Positions 1 through 14,411 of a stretch of 64,000 nt of DNA are shown here, one piece after another (position 1 is the first letter of the stretch; every line of letters begins with the position of its first letter). The stretch lies in NCBI RefSeq assembly GCF_009914755.1, contig NC_060933.1. One strand, given 5' to 3'. The notes beneath the pieces were generated by a model, which did no database searches, was not told the origin of the DNA, and was given only the letters and a program-made list of their open reading frames with translations. This DNA is from the human T2T-CHM13v2.0 reference genome, Homo sapiens. Position numbers and translations under genes: made by a program.

Positions 1-3000
1 TTGCAATGGAATGGAATAGAATGGAATGGAATGGAATGGAATGGAATTAATCCGAATAGAATGGAATGGAATGGAATGGAACAGAATGGAACGGAATGGA
101 ATGGAATGGAATGGAATGGAATGGAATGGAATGGTATGGAATGGAACGGAATGCTACGGAATAGAATGGAATGGAAGGAATTGTAATGGAATGGAATTGA
201 ATGGAATGGAATGGAATGGAATGGAATCAACCCGACTGCAGGGGAATGGAATGGAATGGAATGCAATGGAATGGATTCAACTTGAATGGAATGGAAAGAA
301 TGGAATCAACACGAGTAGAATGGCATGGATTGGAATGGAATGGAATGGAATCAACCCGAGTACAGGGGAATGGAATGGAATGGAATGCAATGGAATGGAA
401 TCATCCGTAATGGAATGGAAAGGAATGGAATTGAATGGAATGGAATGGAATGGAATGGAATGGAATCAACTCGATTGCAATCGAATGGAATGGAATGGAA
501 TTAACCCGAATAGAATGGAATGGAATGGAATGGAATGGAACGGAACGGAATGGAATGGAATGGAATGGTATGGATTGGAACGGAAAGGAAGGGAATGGAA
601 TGGAATAGAATGGAATGGAATGGAATCAACGCGAGTGCAGGGGAATGGAATGGAATGGAATGCAATGGAATGGAATCTTCCGGAATGGAATGGAATGGAA
701 TGGAATGGAATGGAATCAACCCGAGTGCAATGGAATGGAGTGGAATGGAATGGAATGGAATGGAACAACCCGAATGGAATGGAATGTAATGGAGAATAAG
801 GGAGTTGAATAGAATCAATCCGAATGTAATGGAATGGAATGGAACGGAATGGAATTGAATGGAATGGAACGGAATGCAATGGAATGGAATCAACCCGAGT
901 GCAATGGAATGGAGAGGAATGGAATGGAATTGAATGGAAAATACCCGAATGGAATGGAATGTAATGGAGTGTAAGGGAATTGAATAGAATCAATCCGAAT
1001 GGAATGGAATGGAATGGAATGGAATGGAATGGAATGGAATAGAATGGAATGGAATGCAATGGAATGGAATCAACCCGAGTGCCATCGAATGGAATCGAAT
1101 GGAATGGAATGCAATGGAATGGATTCAACTTGAATGGAATGGAAAGAATGGAATCAACACGAGTGGAATGGCATGGATTGGAATGGAATGGAATGGAATC
1201 AACCCGAGTACAGGGGAATGGAATGGAATGGAATGCAATGGAATGGAATCATCCGTAATGGAATGGAAAGGAATGGAATGGAATGGAATGGAATGGAATC
1301 AACTCCATTGCAATCGAATGGAATGGAATGGAATTAACCCGAATAGAATGGAATGGAATGGAATGGAACGGAACGGAACGGAATGGAATGGAATGGAATG
1401 GAATGGAACGGAACGGAACGGAATGGAATGGAATGGAATGGAATGGAATCAACGCGAGTGCAGGGGAATGGAATGGAATGGAATGCAATGGAATGGAATC
1501 TTCCGGAATGGAATGGAATGGAATGGAATGGAATGGAATGGAATCAACTCGATTGCAATCGAATGGAATGGAATGGAATTAAACCGAATAGAATGGAATG
1601 GAATGGAATGGAACGGAACGTAATGGAATGGAATGGAATGGAATGGAATGGAATCAACTCGAGTGCAGGGGAATGGATTAGAATGGAATGCAATGGAATG
1701 GAATCTTCCGGAATGGAATGGAATGGAATGGAATGGAATGAAATGCAATGGGTTCAACTCGATTGCAATGGAATGGAATAGAATGGAGTGGAATGGAATG
1801 GAATGGAATTAATTCGAATAGAATGGAATGGAATGTAATGGAACGGAATGGAACGGAATGGAATGGAATGGAATGGAATAGTATGGAATGGAATGGAATG
1901 GTACGAAATAGAATGGAATGGAACGAATTGTAATGGAATGGAATTGAATGGAATGGAATGGAATGGAATGGAATCAACGCGAGTGCAGGGGAATGTAATG
2001 GAACGGAATGCAATGGAATGGAATCATCCGGAATGGAATGGAATGGAATGGAATGGAATGGAATCAACCCGAGTGCAATGGAATGGAGTGGAATGGAATG
2101 GAATGGAATGGAACAACCCGAATGGAATGGAATGTAATGGAGAGTAAGGGAGTTGAATAGAATCAATCCGAATGTAATGGAATGGAATGCAACGGAATGG
2201 AATGGAATGGAATGGAATGGAATGCAATGGAATTGAATCAACCCGAGTACAATGGAATGGAATGGAATGGAATGGAATGGAAGGGAATGGAATGGAATGG
2301 AATGATACAGAACAGAATGCAATGGAACGAAATGGAATGGAATGGAATGGAATGGAATGGAATGGAATGGAATGGAATGGAATGGAATGGAATCGTTCCG
2401 AGTGGAATAGGAGGGAATGTATTCAAGTGGAATGGAAAGGAATGGAATCAACCAGAGTGGAATAGAAGGGAATGGAATGGAATGGAAACTAATAGAATGG
2501 AATCAACCCGAGAGGAATGGAATGGAAAAGACTGGAATGGAATGGAATGGAAAGGAATCAACTCGATTGTAATGGAATGGAATGGAATGGAATTAATCCG
2601 AATAGAATGGAATGGAATGCAATGGAACGGAATGGAACGGAATGAAATGGAATGGAATTGTATGGAATGGAATGGAATGGTACGGAATAGAATGGAATGG
2701 AACGAATTGAAATGGAATGGAATTGAATGTAATGGAATGGAATGCAATGGAATCAACGCGAGTGCAGGGGAATGTAATGGAAAGGAATGCAATGGAATGG
2801 AATCATCCGGAATGGAATGGAATGGAATGGAATGGAATGGAATCAACCCGAGTGCAATGGAATGGAGTGGAATGGAATGGAATGGAATGGAACAACCCGA
2901 ATGGAATGGAATGTAATGGAGAGTAAGGGAGTTGAATAGAATCAATCCGAATGTAATGGAATGAAACGGAATGGAATGGAATGGAATGGAATGGAATGGA

Positions 3001-3064
3001 ATGGAATGGAATGGAATGGAATGCAATGGAATGGAATCAACCCGAGTACAATGGAACGGAATGG
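1..3064 (-). repeat. HSat3 block in inverted orientation ((GGAAT)n on the + strand)
   Basis: + strand reads GGAAT repeats with reverse-complemented landmarks (CAACCCGAGT, CAACTCGATT, GTAAGGGAGTTGAATAGAATCAATCCGAAT). Confidence 0.98.
672..686. promoter_or_regulatory. Perfect 3-unit heat-shock element sequence match (nGAAn-nTTCn-nGAAn); further copies at 1495-1509 and 1700-1714
   Basis: GGAAT-CTTCC-GGAAT matches the canonical HSF1 inverted-pentamer consensus. Sequence match only; occupancy unknown. Confidence 0.45.
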
Positions 3065-3075
3065 GTTTATTCCAT
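3051..3075. other. Inversion breakpoint (strand-switch junction) within the satellite
   Basis: ...GGAACGGAAT-GG-GTTTATTCCATTCC...: the GGAAT phase ends and a GGGTTT-ATTCC motif variant begins. GG at 3063-3064 can be assigned to either side; no inserted foreign sequence. Confidence 0.95.
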
Positions 3076-4078
3076 TCCATTCCATTCCATTCCGGATGAT
3101 TCCATTCCATTGCATTCCATTCCATTCCATTCCCCTGCAGTCGTGTTGATTCCATTCCCTTCCATTCCATTCCATTCCGTTCCATTCCATTCTATTCCGG
3201 TTAACTCCATTCCATTCCATTCCATTCCATTCCATTGCAATCGAGTTGATTGCATTCCATTCCTTTCCATTCCATTCCATTGCCTTGCATTCCACTCGGG
3301 TTGATTCCATTCCCTTCTTTCCACTCCATTACATTCCCTTCCATGATTGATTCCATTCCATTCCATTCCAGTTCATTCCATTGCAATCCATTCCAATCCA
3401 TTCCATTCCATTCCATTCCACTCGAGTTGAGTTCATTCCATTCATTTCCATTCCATTCCATTCCTTTCCACTCGAGTTGATTCCATTCCATTCCAATCCA
3501 TTGCATTCCATTCCATGCCATTCCACTCGGGTTGATTAATTTCCTTTGCATTCCATTCCATTCCATTCCATTCCATTCCATTCCATTCTGTTGCATTCCA
3601 TTCCATTACATTTGGATTGATTCTATTCAACTCCCTTACTCTCCATTACATTCCATTCCATTCGGATTGTTCCATTCCATTCCATTCCATTCCACTCCAT
3701 TCCATTGCACTCGGGTTGATTCCATTCCATTCCATTCCATTCCATTCCATTCCATTCCGGATGATTCCATTCCATTGCATTCCGTTCCATTACATTCCCC
3801 TGCACTCGCGTTGATTCCATTCCATTCCATTCCTTTCCATTCAATTCCATTCCATTACAATTCGTTCCATTCCATTGTATTCCGTACCATTCCATTCCAT
3901 TCCATACCATTCCATTCCATTCCATTCCATTCCATTCCATTCCGTTCCATTCCGTTGCATTCCATTCAATTCCATTCTATTCGGGTTAATCCCATTCCAT
4001 TCCATTCCATTCCATTCTATTCCATTCCATTGCAACCGAGTTGAATCCATTGCATTTCATTCCATTCCATTCCATTCC

Positions 4079-4093
4079 ATTCCGGAAGATTCC
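4079..4093. promoter_or_regulatory. Perfect 3-unit heat-shock element sequence match (nTTCn-nGAAn-nTTCn); representative of ~14 copies in the CATTC block
   Basis: ATTCC-GGAAG-ATTCC. Sequence match only; the other copies are listed in the findings. Confidence 0.45.
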
Positions 4094-7000
4094 ATTCCAT
4101 TGCATTCCATTCCATGCCATTCCCCTGCACTCGCGTTGATTCCATTCCATTCCATTCCATTCCATTCCATTCCATTCCATTCCATTCCGTTCCGTTCCGT
4201 TCCATTCCATTCCATTCCATTCCATTCCATTCCGTTCCGTTCCATTCCATTCCATTCCATTCTATTCGGGTTAATTCCACTCCATTCCATTCGATTGCAA
4301 TCGTGTTGATTCCATTCCATTCCATTCCATTCCATTCCATTCCATTCCATTCCATTCCTTTCCATTCCATTACGGATGATTCCATTCCATTGCATTCCAT
4401 TCCATTCCATTCCCCTGTAATCGGGTTGATTCCATTCCTTTGCATTCCAATCCATGCCCTTCCACTCGTGTTGATTCCATTCTTTCCATTCCATTCAAGT
4501 TGAATCTATTCCATTGCATTCCATTCCATTCGATTCCATTCGATTGCACTCGGGTTGATTCCATTCCATTGCATTCCATTCCATTCCATTCCATTCCATT
4601 CCATTCCATTCCATTCCGTTCCATTCCATTCCATTACATTCGGATTGATTCTATTCAATTCCCTTACACTCCATTACATTCCATTCCATTCGGGTAGTTT
4701 CCATTCCATTCCATTCCATTCCTCTTCATTCCATTGCACTCGGGTTGATTCCATTCCATTGCATTCCATTCCATTCCATTCCGTTCCATTCCATTCCATT
4801 ACATTCGGATTGACTCTATTCAACTCCCTTACTCTCTATTACATTCCATTGCATTCGGCTTGTTCCATTCCATTCCATTCCATTCCACTCCATTCCATTG
4901 CACTCAGGTTTATTCCATTTCATTCCATTCCATTCCATTCCATTCCGGAAGATTCCATTCCATTGCATTCCATTCCATTCCATTCCCCTGCACTCGCGTT
5001 GATTCCATTCCATTCCATTCCATTCCATTCCATTCCATTCCATTCCATTCCATTCCGATCCGTTCCGTTCCATTCCATTCCATTCCATTCTATTCGGGTT
5101 AATTCCATTCCATTCCATTCGATTGCAATCGAGTTGATTTCATTCCATTCCATTCCATTCCTTTTCATTCAATTACGGATGATTCCATTCCATTGCATTC
5201 CATTCCATTCCATTCCCCTGTACTCGGGTTGATTCCATTCCATTCCATTCCAATCCATGCCATTCCACTCGTGTTGATTCCATTCTTTCCATTCCATTCA
5301 AGTTGAATCCATTCCATTGCATTCCCTTCCATTCCATTCCCCTGCAGTCGGGTTGATTCGATTCCATTCCATTCCATTCCATTCCATTCCATTCCGTTCC
5401 GTTCCATTCCATTCCATTCCATTCTATTCGGGTTAATTCCATTCCATTCCATTCCATTCCATTCCATTCCATTCCATTCCAATCGAGTTGATTCCATTCC
5501 ATTCCAATCCATTCCATTCCACTCCATTCCAGTCCTTTCCATTCCATTCCACTCGGGTTGATTCCAATGTATTCCTTTCCATTCCATTCCATTCCATTGC
5601 AATCGAGTTGATTCCATTGCTTTGCATTCCATTCCATTCCATTCCATTCCGGATGATTCCATTCCATTGCATTCTATTCCATTCCATTCCCCTGTACTCG
5701 GGTTGATTCCATTCCATTCCACTCCATTCCGTTCCATTCCATTCCATTCCATTGTATTCGGGTTAATTCCATTCCATTCCATTCCATTCCATTCCATTCC
5801 ATTACAATCGAGTTGATTCCATTCCATTCCATTCCATTCCATTCCATTCCAGTCCATTCCATTCCATTCCACTCGGGTTGATTCCATTCTATTAGTTTCC
5901 ATTCCATTCCATTCCCTTCCATTCCACTCTGGTTGATTCCATTCCTTTCCATTCCACTCGAATACATTCCCTCCTATTCCACTCGGAACGATTCCATTCC
6001 ATTCCATTCCATTCCATTCCATTCCAATTCGTTCCATTCCATTCTATTCCATATCATTCCATTCCATTCCGTTCCATTCCATTCCATTCCATTCCACTCG
6101 TGTTGATTCCATTCCTTTCCATTCCATTCGGTTTGAAGGCATTCCATTCCATTCCATTCCATTCCATTGTACTCGGGTTGATTCCATTCCATTGCATTCC
6201 ATTCCATTCCATTCCATTCCATTCCCTTGCATTCCATTCCATTACATTCGGATTGATTCTATTCAAATCCCTTACTCTCCATTACATTCCATTCCATACG
6301 GGTTGTTCCATTCCATTCCATTCCATTCCACTCCATTCCATTGCACTAGGGTTGATTCCATTCCATTCCATTCCATTCCATTCCGGATGATTCCATTCCA
6401 TTGCATTCCGTTCCATTACATTCCCCTGCACTCGCGTTCATTCCATTCCATTCCATTCCATTCAATTACATTCCATTACAATTCGTTGGATTCCATTCTA
6501 TTCCGTACCATTCCATTCCATTCCATACCATTCCATTCCATTCCATTCCATTCCATTCCATTCCATTGCATTCCATTCCATTCCATTCGATTGCAATCGA
6601 GTTGATTCCATTCCATTCCATTCCATTCCATTCCATTCCTTTCCATTCCATTACGGATGATTCCATTCCATTGCATTCCATTCCATTCCATTCCCCTGTA
6701 CTCGGGTTGATTCCATTCCATTCCATTCCAATCCATGCCATTCCACTCGTGTTGATTCCATTCTTTCCATTCCATTCAAGTTGAATCCATTCCATTGCAT
6801 TCCATTCAATTTGATTCCATTCGATTGCACTCGGGTTGATTCCATTCCATTGCATTCCATTCCATTCAATTCCATTCCATTCCATTCCATTCCATTCCAT
6901 TACATTACATTCCATTACATTCGGATTGATTCTATTCAATTCCCTTACACTGCATTACATTCCATTCCATTCGGGTAGTTTCCATTCCATTCCATTCCAT

Positions 7001-10000
7001 TCCTCTCCATTCCATTGCACTCGGGTTGATTCCATTCCATTGCATTCCATTCCATTCCATTCAATTCCATTCCGTTGCATTCAATTCCATTACATGCGGA
7101 TTGATTCTATTCAACTCCCTTACTCTCCATTCCATTCCATTCCATTCAGGTTGTTCCATTCCATTCCATTCCATTCCACTCCATTCCATTGCACTCGGGT
7201 TGATTCCATTCCATTCCATTCCATTCCATTCCATTCCATTCCATTCCATTCCATTCCATTACAATCGAGTTGATTCCATTCCATTCCATTCCATTCCATT
7301 CCTTTCCATTCCATTCCACTCGGGTTGATTCCATTCTATTAGTTTCCATTCCATTCCATTGCCTTCCATTCCACTCTGGTTGATTCCATTCCTTTCCATT
7401 CCACTCGAATACATTCCCTCCTATTCCACTCGGAACGATTCCATTCCATTCCATTCCATTCCATTCCATTCCATTCCATTTCGTTCCATTCCATTCTATT
7501 ACGTATCATTCCATTCCATTCCATTCCATTCCATTCCATTCGATTCCATTCCATTCCATTGTACTCGGGTTGAATCCATTCCATTGCATTCCATTCCATT
7601 CCATTCCATTCCATTCCATTCCATTCCATTCCATTGCGTTCCATTCCATTACATTCGGATTGATTCTTTTCAACTCCCTTACTCTCCATTACATTCCATT
7701 CCATTCGGATTGTTCCATTCAATTCCATTCCATTCCACTCCATTCCATTGCACTCGGGTTGATTCCATTCCATTCCATTGCATTCCATTCCGGATGATTC
7801 CATTCCATTGCATTCCGTTCCATTACATTCCCCTGCACTCGGGTTGATTAAATTCCATTCCATTCCATTCCATTCCATTCCATTCCATTCCATTCCATTC
7901 CCCTGCACTCGCGTTGATTCCATTCCATTCCATTCCATTCCATTCCATTCCATTCCTTTCCATTCCAGTCCTTTCCATTCCATTCCACTCGGGTTGATTC
8001 CATTCTATTAGTTTCCATTCCATTCCATTCCCTTCCATTCCACTCTGGTTGATTCCATTCCTTTCCATTCCACTCGAATACATTCCCTCCTATTCCACTC
8101 GGAACGATTCCATTCCATTCCATTCCATTCCATTCCATTCCATTCCATTCCATTCCATTCCATTTCGTTCCATTCCATTCTATTCCGTATCATTCCATTC
8201 CATTCCATTCCATTCCATTCCATTCCACTCGTTTTGATTTCATTCCTTTCCATTCCATTCGGTTTGAAGGCATTCCATTCCATTCCATTCCATTCCAATC
8301 CATTCCATTCCATTCCATTCCATTTCGTTCCATTCCATTCTTTTCCGTATCATTCCATTCCATTCCATTCCATTCCATTCCGTTCCATTCCATTCCATTC
8401 CATTCCATTTTACTCGGGTTGATTCAATTCCATTGCATTCCATTCCATTCCATTCCATTCCATTCCGTTGCATTCCATTCCATTTCATTCGGATTGATTC
8501 TATTCAACTCCCTTACTCTTCATTACATTCCATTCCATTCGGGTTGTTCCATTCCATTCCATTCCATTCCACTCCATTCCATTGCGCTCGGATTGATTCC
8601 ATTCCATTCCATTCCATTCCATTCCATTCCGGATGATTCCATTCCATTGCATTCCGTTCCATTACATTCCCCTGCACTCGGGTTGATTCCATTCCATTCC
8701 ATTCCATTCCATTCCATTCCATTCCATTCCAATTCTTTCCATTCCATTCTATTCCGTACCATTCCATTCCATTGCATACAATTCCATTCCATTCCATTCC
8801 ACTCCGTTCCGTTCCGTTCCGTTCCATTCCGTTCCATACCATTCCATTCCATTCTATTCGGTTTAATTCCATTCCATTCCATTCCATTCCATTCCATTCC
8901 ATTCTATTCCATTCCATTGCAATCGATTTGAATCCATTGCATTCCATTCCATTCCATTCCATTCCATTCCGGAAGATTCCATTCCATTGCATTCCATTCC
9001 ATTCCATTCCATTCCATTCCATTCCATTCCATTCCATTCCTTTCCATTCCATTACGGATGATTCCATTCCATTGCGTTCCATTCCATTCCATTCCCCTGT
9101 ACTCGGGTTGATTCCATTCCATTCCATTCCAATCCATGCCATTCCACTCGTGTTGATTCCATTCTTTCCATTCCATTCAAGTTGAATCCATTCCATTGCA
9201 TTCCATTCCATTCCATTCCCCTGCAGTCGGGTTGTTTCCATTCCATTCCATTCCATTCCATTCCATTCCATTCCATTCCGTTCCGTTCCGTTCCGTTCCA
9301 TTCCATTCCATTCCATTCTATTCGGGTTAATTCCATTTCATTCCATTCCATTCCATTCCATTCCATTCCAATCGAGTTGATTCCATTCCATTCCATTCCA
9401 TTCCATTCCACTCCATTCCAGTCCTTTCCATTCCATTCCACTCGGGTTGATTCCAATGTATTCCTTTCCATTCCATTCCATTCCATTGCAATCGAGTTGA
9501 TTCCATTGCTTTGCATTCCATTCCATTCCATTCCATTCCGGATGATTGCATTCCATTGCATTCCATTCCATTCCATTCCCCTGCACTCGGGTTGATTCCA
9601 TTCCATTCCACTCCATTCCGTTCCATTCCATTCCATTGCATTGTATTCGGGTTAATTCCATTCCATTCCATTCCATTCCATTCCATTCCATTACAATCGA
9701 GTTGATTCCATTCCATTCCATTCCATTCCAGTCCTTTCCATTCTATTCCTCTCGGGTTGATTCCATTCTATTAGTTTCCATTCCATTCCATTCCCTTCCA
9801 TTCCACTCTGGTTGATTCCATTCCTTTCCATTCCACTCGAATACATTCCCTCCTATTCCACTCGGAACGATTCCATTCCATTCCATTCCATTCCATTCCA
9901 TTCCATTCCATTTCTTTCCATTCCATTCTATTCCGTATCATTCCATTCCATTCCATTCCATTCCATTCCATTCCATTCCATTCCATTCCATTCCATTGTA

Positions 10001-10379
10001 CTCGGGTTGATTCCATTCCATTGCATTCCATTCCATTCCATTCCATTCCATTCCGTTCCATTGCATTCCATTCCATTCTATTCGGGTTAATTCCATTCCA
10101 TTCCATTCCATTCTATTCCATTCCATTTCAATCGAGTTGAATCCATTGCATTTCATTCCATTACATTCCATTCCATTCCATTCCGGAAGATTCCATTCCA
10201 TTGCATTCCATTCCATTCCATTCCCCTGCACTCGCGTTGATTCCATTCCATTCCATTCCATTCCATTCCATTCCGTTCCGTTCCGTTCCGTTCCGTTCCT
10301 TTCCATTCCATTCCATTCCATTCCGTTCCGTTCCATTCCATTCCATTCCATTCTATTCGGGTTAATTCCATTCCATGCC

Positions 10380-10397
10380 ATTCGATTGCAATCGAAT
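10380..10397. repeat. 18-bp perfect palindrome ATTCGATTGCAATCGAAT (extended form of the recurrent 14-bp TCGATTGCAATCGA)
   Basis: The sequence equals its own reverse complement; the 14-bp core recurs, e.g. 471-484, 5119-5132, 6587-6600. Confidence 0.85.
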
Positions 10398-13300
10398 TGA
10401 TTCCATTCTATTTCATTCCATTCCATTCCATTCCATTCCATTCCTTTCCATTCCATTACGGATGATTCCATTCCATTGCATTCCATTCCATTCCATTCCC
10501 CTGTACTCCGGTTGATTCCATTCCATTCCATTCCAATCCATGCCATTCCACTCGTGTTGATTCCATTCTTTCCATTCCATTCAAGTTGAATCCATTCCAT
10601 TGCATTCCATTCCATTCGATTCCATTCGATTGCACTCGGGTTGATTCCATTCCATTGCATTCCATTCCATTCCATTCCATTCCATTCCATTCCATTCCGT
10701 TCCATTCCATTCCATTACATTCGGATTGATTCTATTCAATTCCCTTACCCTCCATTACATTCCATTCCATTCGGGTAGTTTCCATTCCATTCTATTCCTC
10801 TCCATTCCATTGCACTCGGGTTGATTCCATTCCATTGCATTCCATTCCATTCCATTCAATTCCATTCCGTTCCATTCCATTCCATTACATTCGGATTGAT
10901 TCTATTCAACTCCCTTACTCTCCATTAAATTCCATTCCATTCGGGTTGTTCCAATCCATTCCATTACATTCCACTCCATTCCATTGCACTCGGGTTTATT
11001 CCATTCAATTCCATTCCATTCCATTCCATTCCATTCCGGAAGATTCCATTCCATTGCATTCCATTCCATTCCATTCCCCTGCACTCGCGTTGATTCCATT
11101 CCATTCCATTCCATTCCATTCCATTCCATTCCTTTCCATTCCATTCCATTCCATTCCATTCCATTCCATTCCGTTCCGTTCCGTTCCGTTCCATTCCATT
11201 CCATTCCATTTTATTCGGGTTAATTCCATTCCATTCCATTCGATTGCAATCGAGTTGATTCCATTCCATTCCATTCCATTCCATTCCATTCCATTCCATT
11301 CCTTTTCATTCCATTACGGATGATTCCATTCCTTTGCATTCCATTCCATTCCTTTCCCCTGTACTCGGGTTGATTCCATTCCATTCCATTCCAATCCATG
11401 CCATTCTACTCGTGTTGATTCCATTCTTTCCATTCCATTCAAGTTGAATCCATTCCATTGCTTTCCATTCCATTCCATTCCCCTGCAGTCGGGTTGATTC
11501 CATTCCATTCCATTCCATTCCATTCCATTTCATTCCGTTCCGTTCCGTTCCGTTCCATTCCATTCCATTCCATTCTATTCGGTTTAATTCCATTCCATTC
11601 CATTCCATTCTATTCCATTCCATTCCAATCGAGTTGATTCCATTCCATTTCATTCCATTCCATTCCACTCCATTGCAGTCCTTTCCATTCCATTCCACTC
11701 GGGGTGATTCCAATGTATTCCTTTCCATTCCATTCCATTGCATTGCAATCGAGTTGATTCCATTGCTTTGCATTCCATTCCATTCCATTCCATTCCGGAT
11801 GATTCCATTGCATTGCATTCCATTCCATTCCATTCCCCTGCACTCGGGTTGATTCCATTCCATTCCACTCCATTCCATTCCATTCCATTCCATTCCATTG
11901 TATTCGGGTTAATTCCATTCCATTCCATTCCATTCCATTCCATTCCATTACAATCGAGTTGATTCCATTCCATTCCATTCCATTCCATTCTAGTCCTTTC
12001 CATTCCATTCCACTCGGGTTGATTCCATTCTATTAGTTTCCATTCCATTCCATTCCCTTCCATTCCACTCTGCTGATTCCATTCCTTTCCATTCCTCTCG
12101 AATACATTCCCTCCTATTCCACTCGGAACGATTCCATTCCATTCCATTCCATTCCATTCCATTCGATTCCATTTCGTTCCATTCCATTCTATTCCGTATC
12201 ATTCCATTCCATTCCATTCCATTCCATTCCATTCCACTCGTGTTGATTACATTCCTTTCCATTCCATTCGGTTTGAAGACATTCCATTCCATTCCATTCC
12301 ATTCCATTCCATTCCATTCCATTCCATTGTACTCGGGTTGATTCCATTCCATTGCATTCCATTCCATTCCATTCCGGATGATTCCATTCCATTGCATTCC
12401 ATTCCATTACATTCCCCTGCACTCGGGTTGATTCCATTCCATTCCATTCCATTACATTCCGTTCCATTCCATTCCATTCCATTCGGATTGATTCTATTCA
12501 ATTCCCTTACACTCCATTACATTCCATTCCATTCGGGTAGTTTCCATTCCATTCCATTCCATTCCTCTCTATTCCATTGCACTCGGGTTGATTCCATTCC
12601 ATTCCATTCCATTCCATTCCATTCCATTCCATTCCATTCCATTCCATTCCATTCCGTTCCATTGTACTCTGGTTGATTCCATTCCATTGCATTCCATTCC
12701 ATTCCATTCCATTCCATTCCATTCCATTCCATTCCATTCCTTTCCATTCCATTACATTCGTATTGATTCTATTCAACTCCCTTACTCTCCATTACATTCC
12801 ATTCCATTCGGGTTTTTCCATTCCATTCCATTCCATTCCACTCCATTCCATTGCATTCGGGTTGATTCCATTCCATTCCATTCCATTCCATTCCATTCCA
12901 TTCCATTCCATTCCAATTCATTCCATTCCATTCTATTCCGTACCATTCCATTCCATTCCATACAATTCCATTCCATTCCATTCCACTCCGTTCCGTTCCG
13001 TTCCGTTCTGTTCCATTCCATTCCATTCCATTCCATTCTATTCCATTCCATTGCAATCGAGTTGAATCCATTGCATTCAATTCCATTCCATTCCATTCCA
13101 TTACGGAAGATTCCATTCCATTCCATTCCATTCCGTTCCATTCCATTCCATTCCATTCCATTGTACTCGGGTTGATTCCTTTCCATTGCATTCCATTCCA
13201 TTCCATTCCATTCCATTCCATTCCGTTCCATTCCATTCCATTACATTCGGATTGATTCTTTTCAACTCCCTTACTCTCCATTACATTCCATTCCATTCGG

Positions 13301-14411
13301 GTTGTTCCATTCCATTCCATTCCATTCCACTCCATTCCATTGCACTCGGGTTGATTCCATTCCATTCCATTCCATTCCATTCCGGATGATTCCTTTCCAT
13401 TGCATTCCGTTCCATTACATTCCCCTGCACTCGGGTTGATTCCATTCCATTCCATTCCATTCGATTCCATTCCATTCTCCTGCACTCGCGTTGATTCCAT
13501 TCCATTCCATTCCATTCCATTCCATTCCATTCCTTTCCATTCCAGGCCTTTCCATTCCATTCCACTAGGGTTGATTCCATTCTATTAGTTTCCATTCCAT
13601 TCCATTCCCTTCCATTCCACTCTGGTTGATTCCATTCCTTTCCATTCCACTCGAATACATTCCCTCCTATTCCACTCGGAACGATTCCATTCCATTCCAT
13701 TCCATTCCAGTCCATTCTATTCCATTCCATTTCGTTCCATTCCATCCTATTCCGTATCATTCCATTCCATTCCATTCCATTCCATTCCATTCCTTTCCAT
13801 TCGTGTTGATTCCATTCCTTTCCATTCCATTCGGTTTGAAGGCATTCCATTCCATCCCATTCCATTCCATTGTACTCGGGTTGATTCCATTCCATTGCAT
13901 TCCATTCCATTCCATTCCATTCCATTCCGTTGCATTCCATTCCATTACATTCTGATTGATTCTATTCAACTCCCTTACTCTCCATTACATTCCATTCCAT
14001 TCGGGTTGTTCCATTCCATTCCATTCCATTCCACTCCATTCCATTGCACTCGGGTTGATTCCATTCCATTCCATTCCATTCCATTCCATTCCGGATGATT
14101 CCTTTCCATTGCATTCCGTTCCATTACATTCCCCTGCACTCGCGTTGATTCCATTCCATTCCATTCCATTCCATTGAATTCCATTCCATTACAATTCGTT
14201 CCATTCCATTCTATTCCGTACCATTCCATTCCATTCCATACCATTCCATTGCATTCCATTCCATTCCATTCCATTCCATTCCACTCCATTCCAGTCCTTT
14301 CCATTCCATTCCAATCAGGTTGATTCCATTCTATTCCTTTCCATTCCATTCCTTTCCATTGCAATCGAGTTGATTCCATTGCTTTGCATTCCATTCCATT
14401 CCATTCCATTC

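Noticed and set aside
3051-3075. Mobile element insertion or target-site duplication at the junction
   Set aside because: There is no non-satellite sequence, poly(A), terminal repeat or TSD.
4641-4662. Small hairpin in GGATTGATTCTATTCAATTCC suggesting a terminator or structured RNA
   Set aside because: The stem is only ~5 bp, AT-rich and bulged, has no U-tract, and is disrupted in the sister variant (TCAACTCC).
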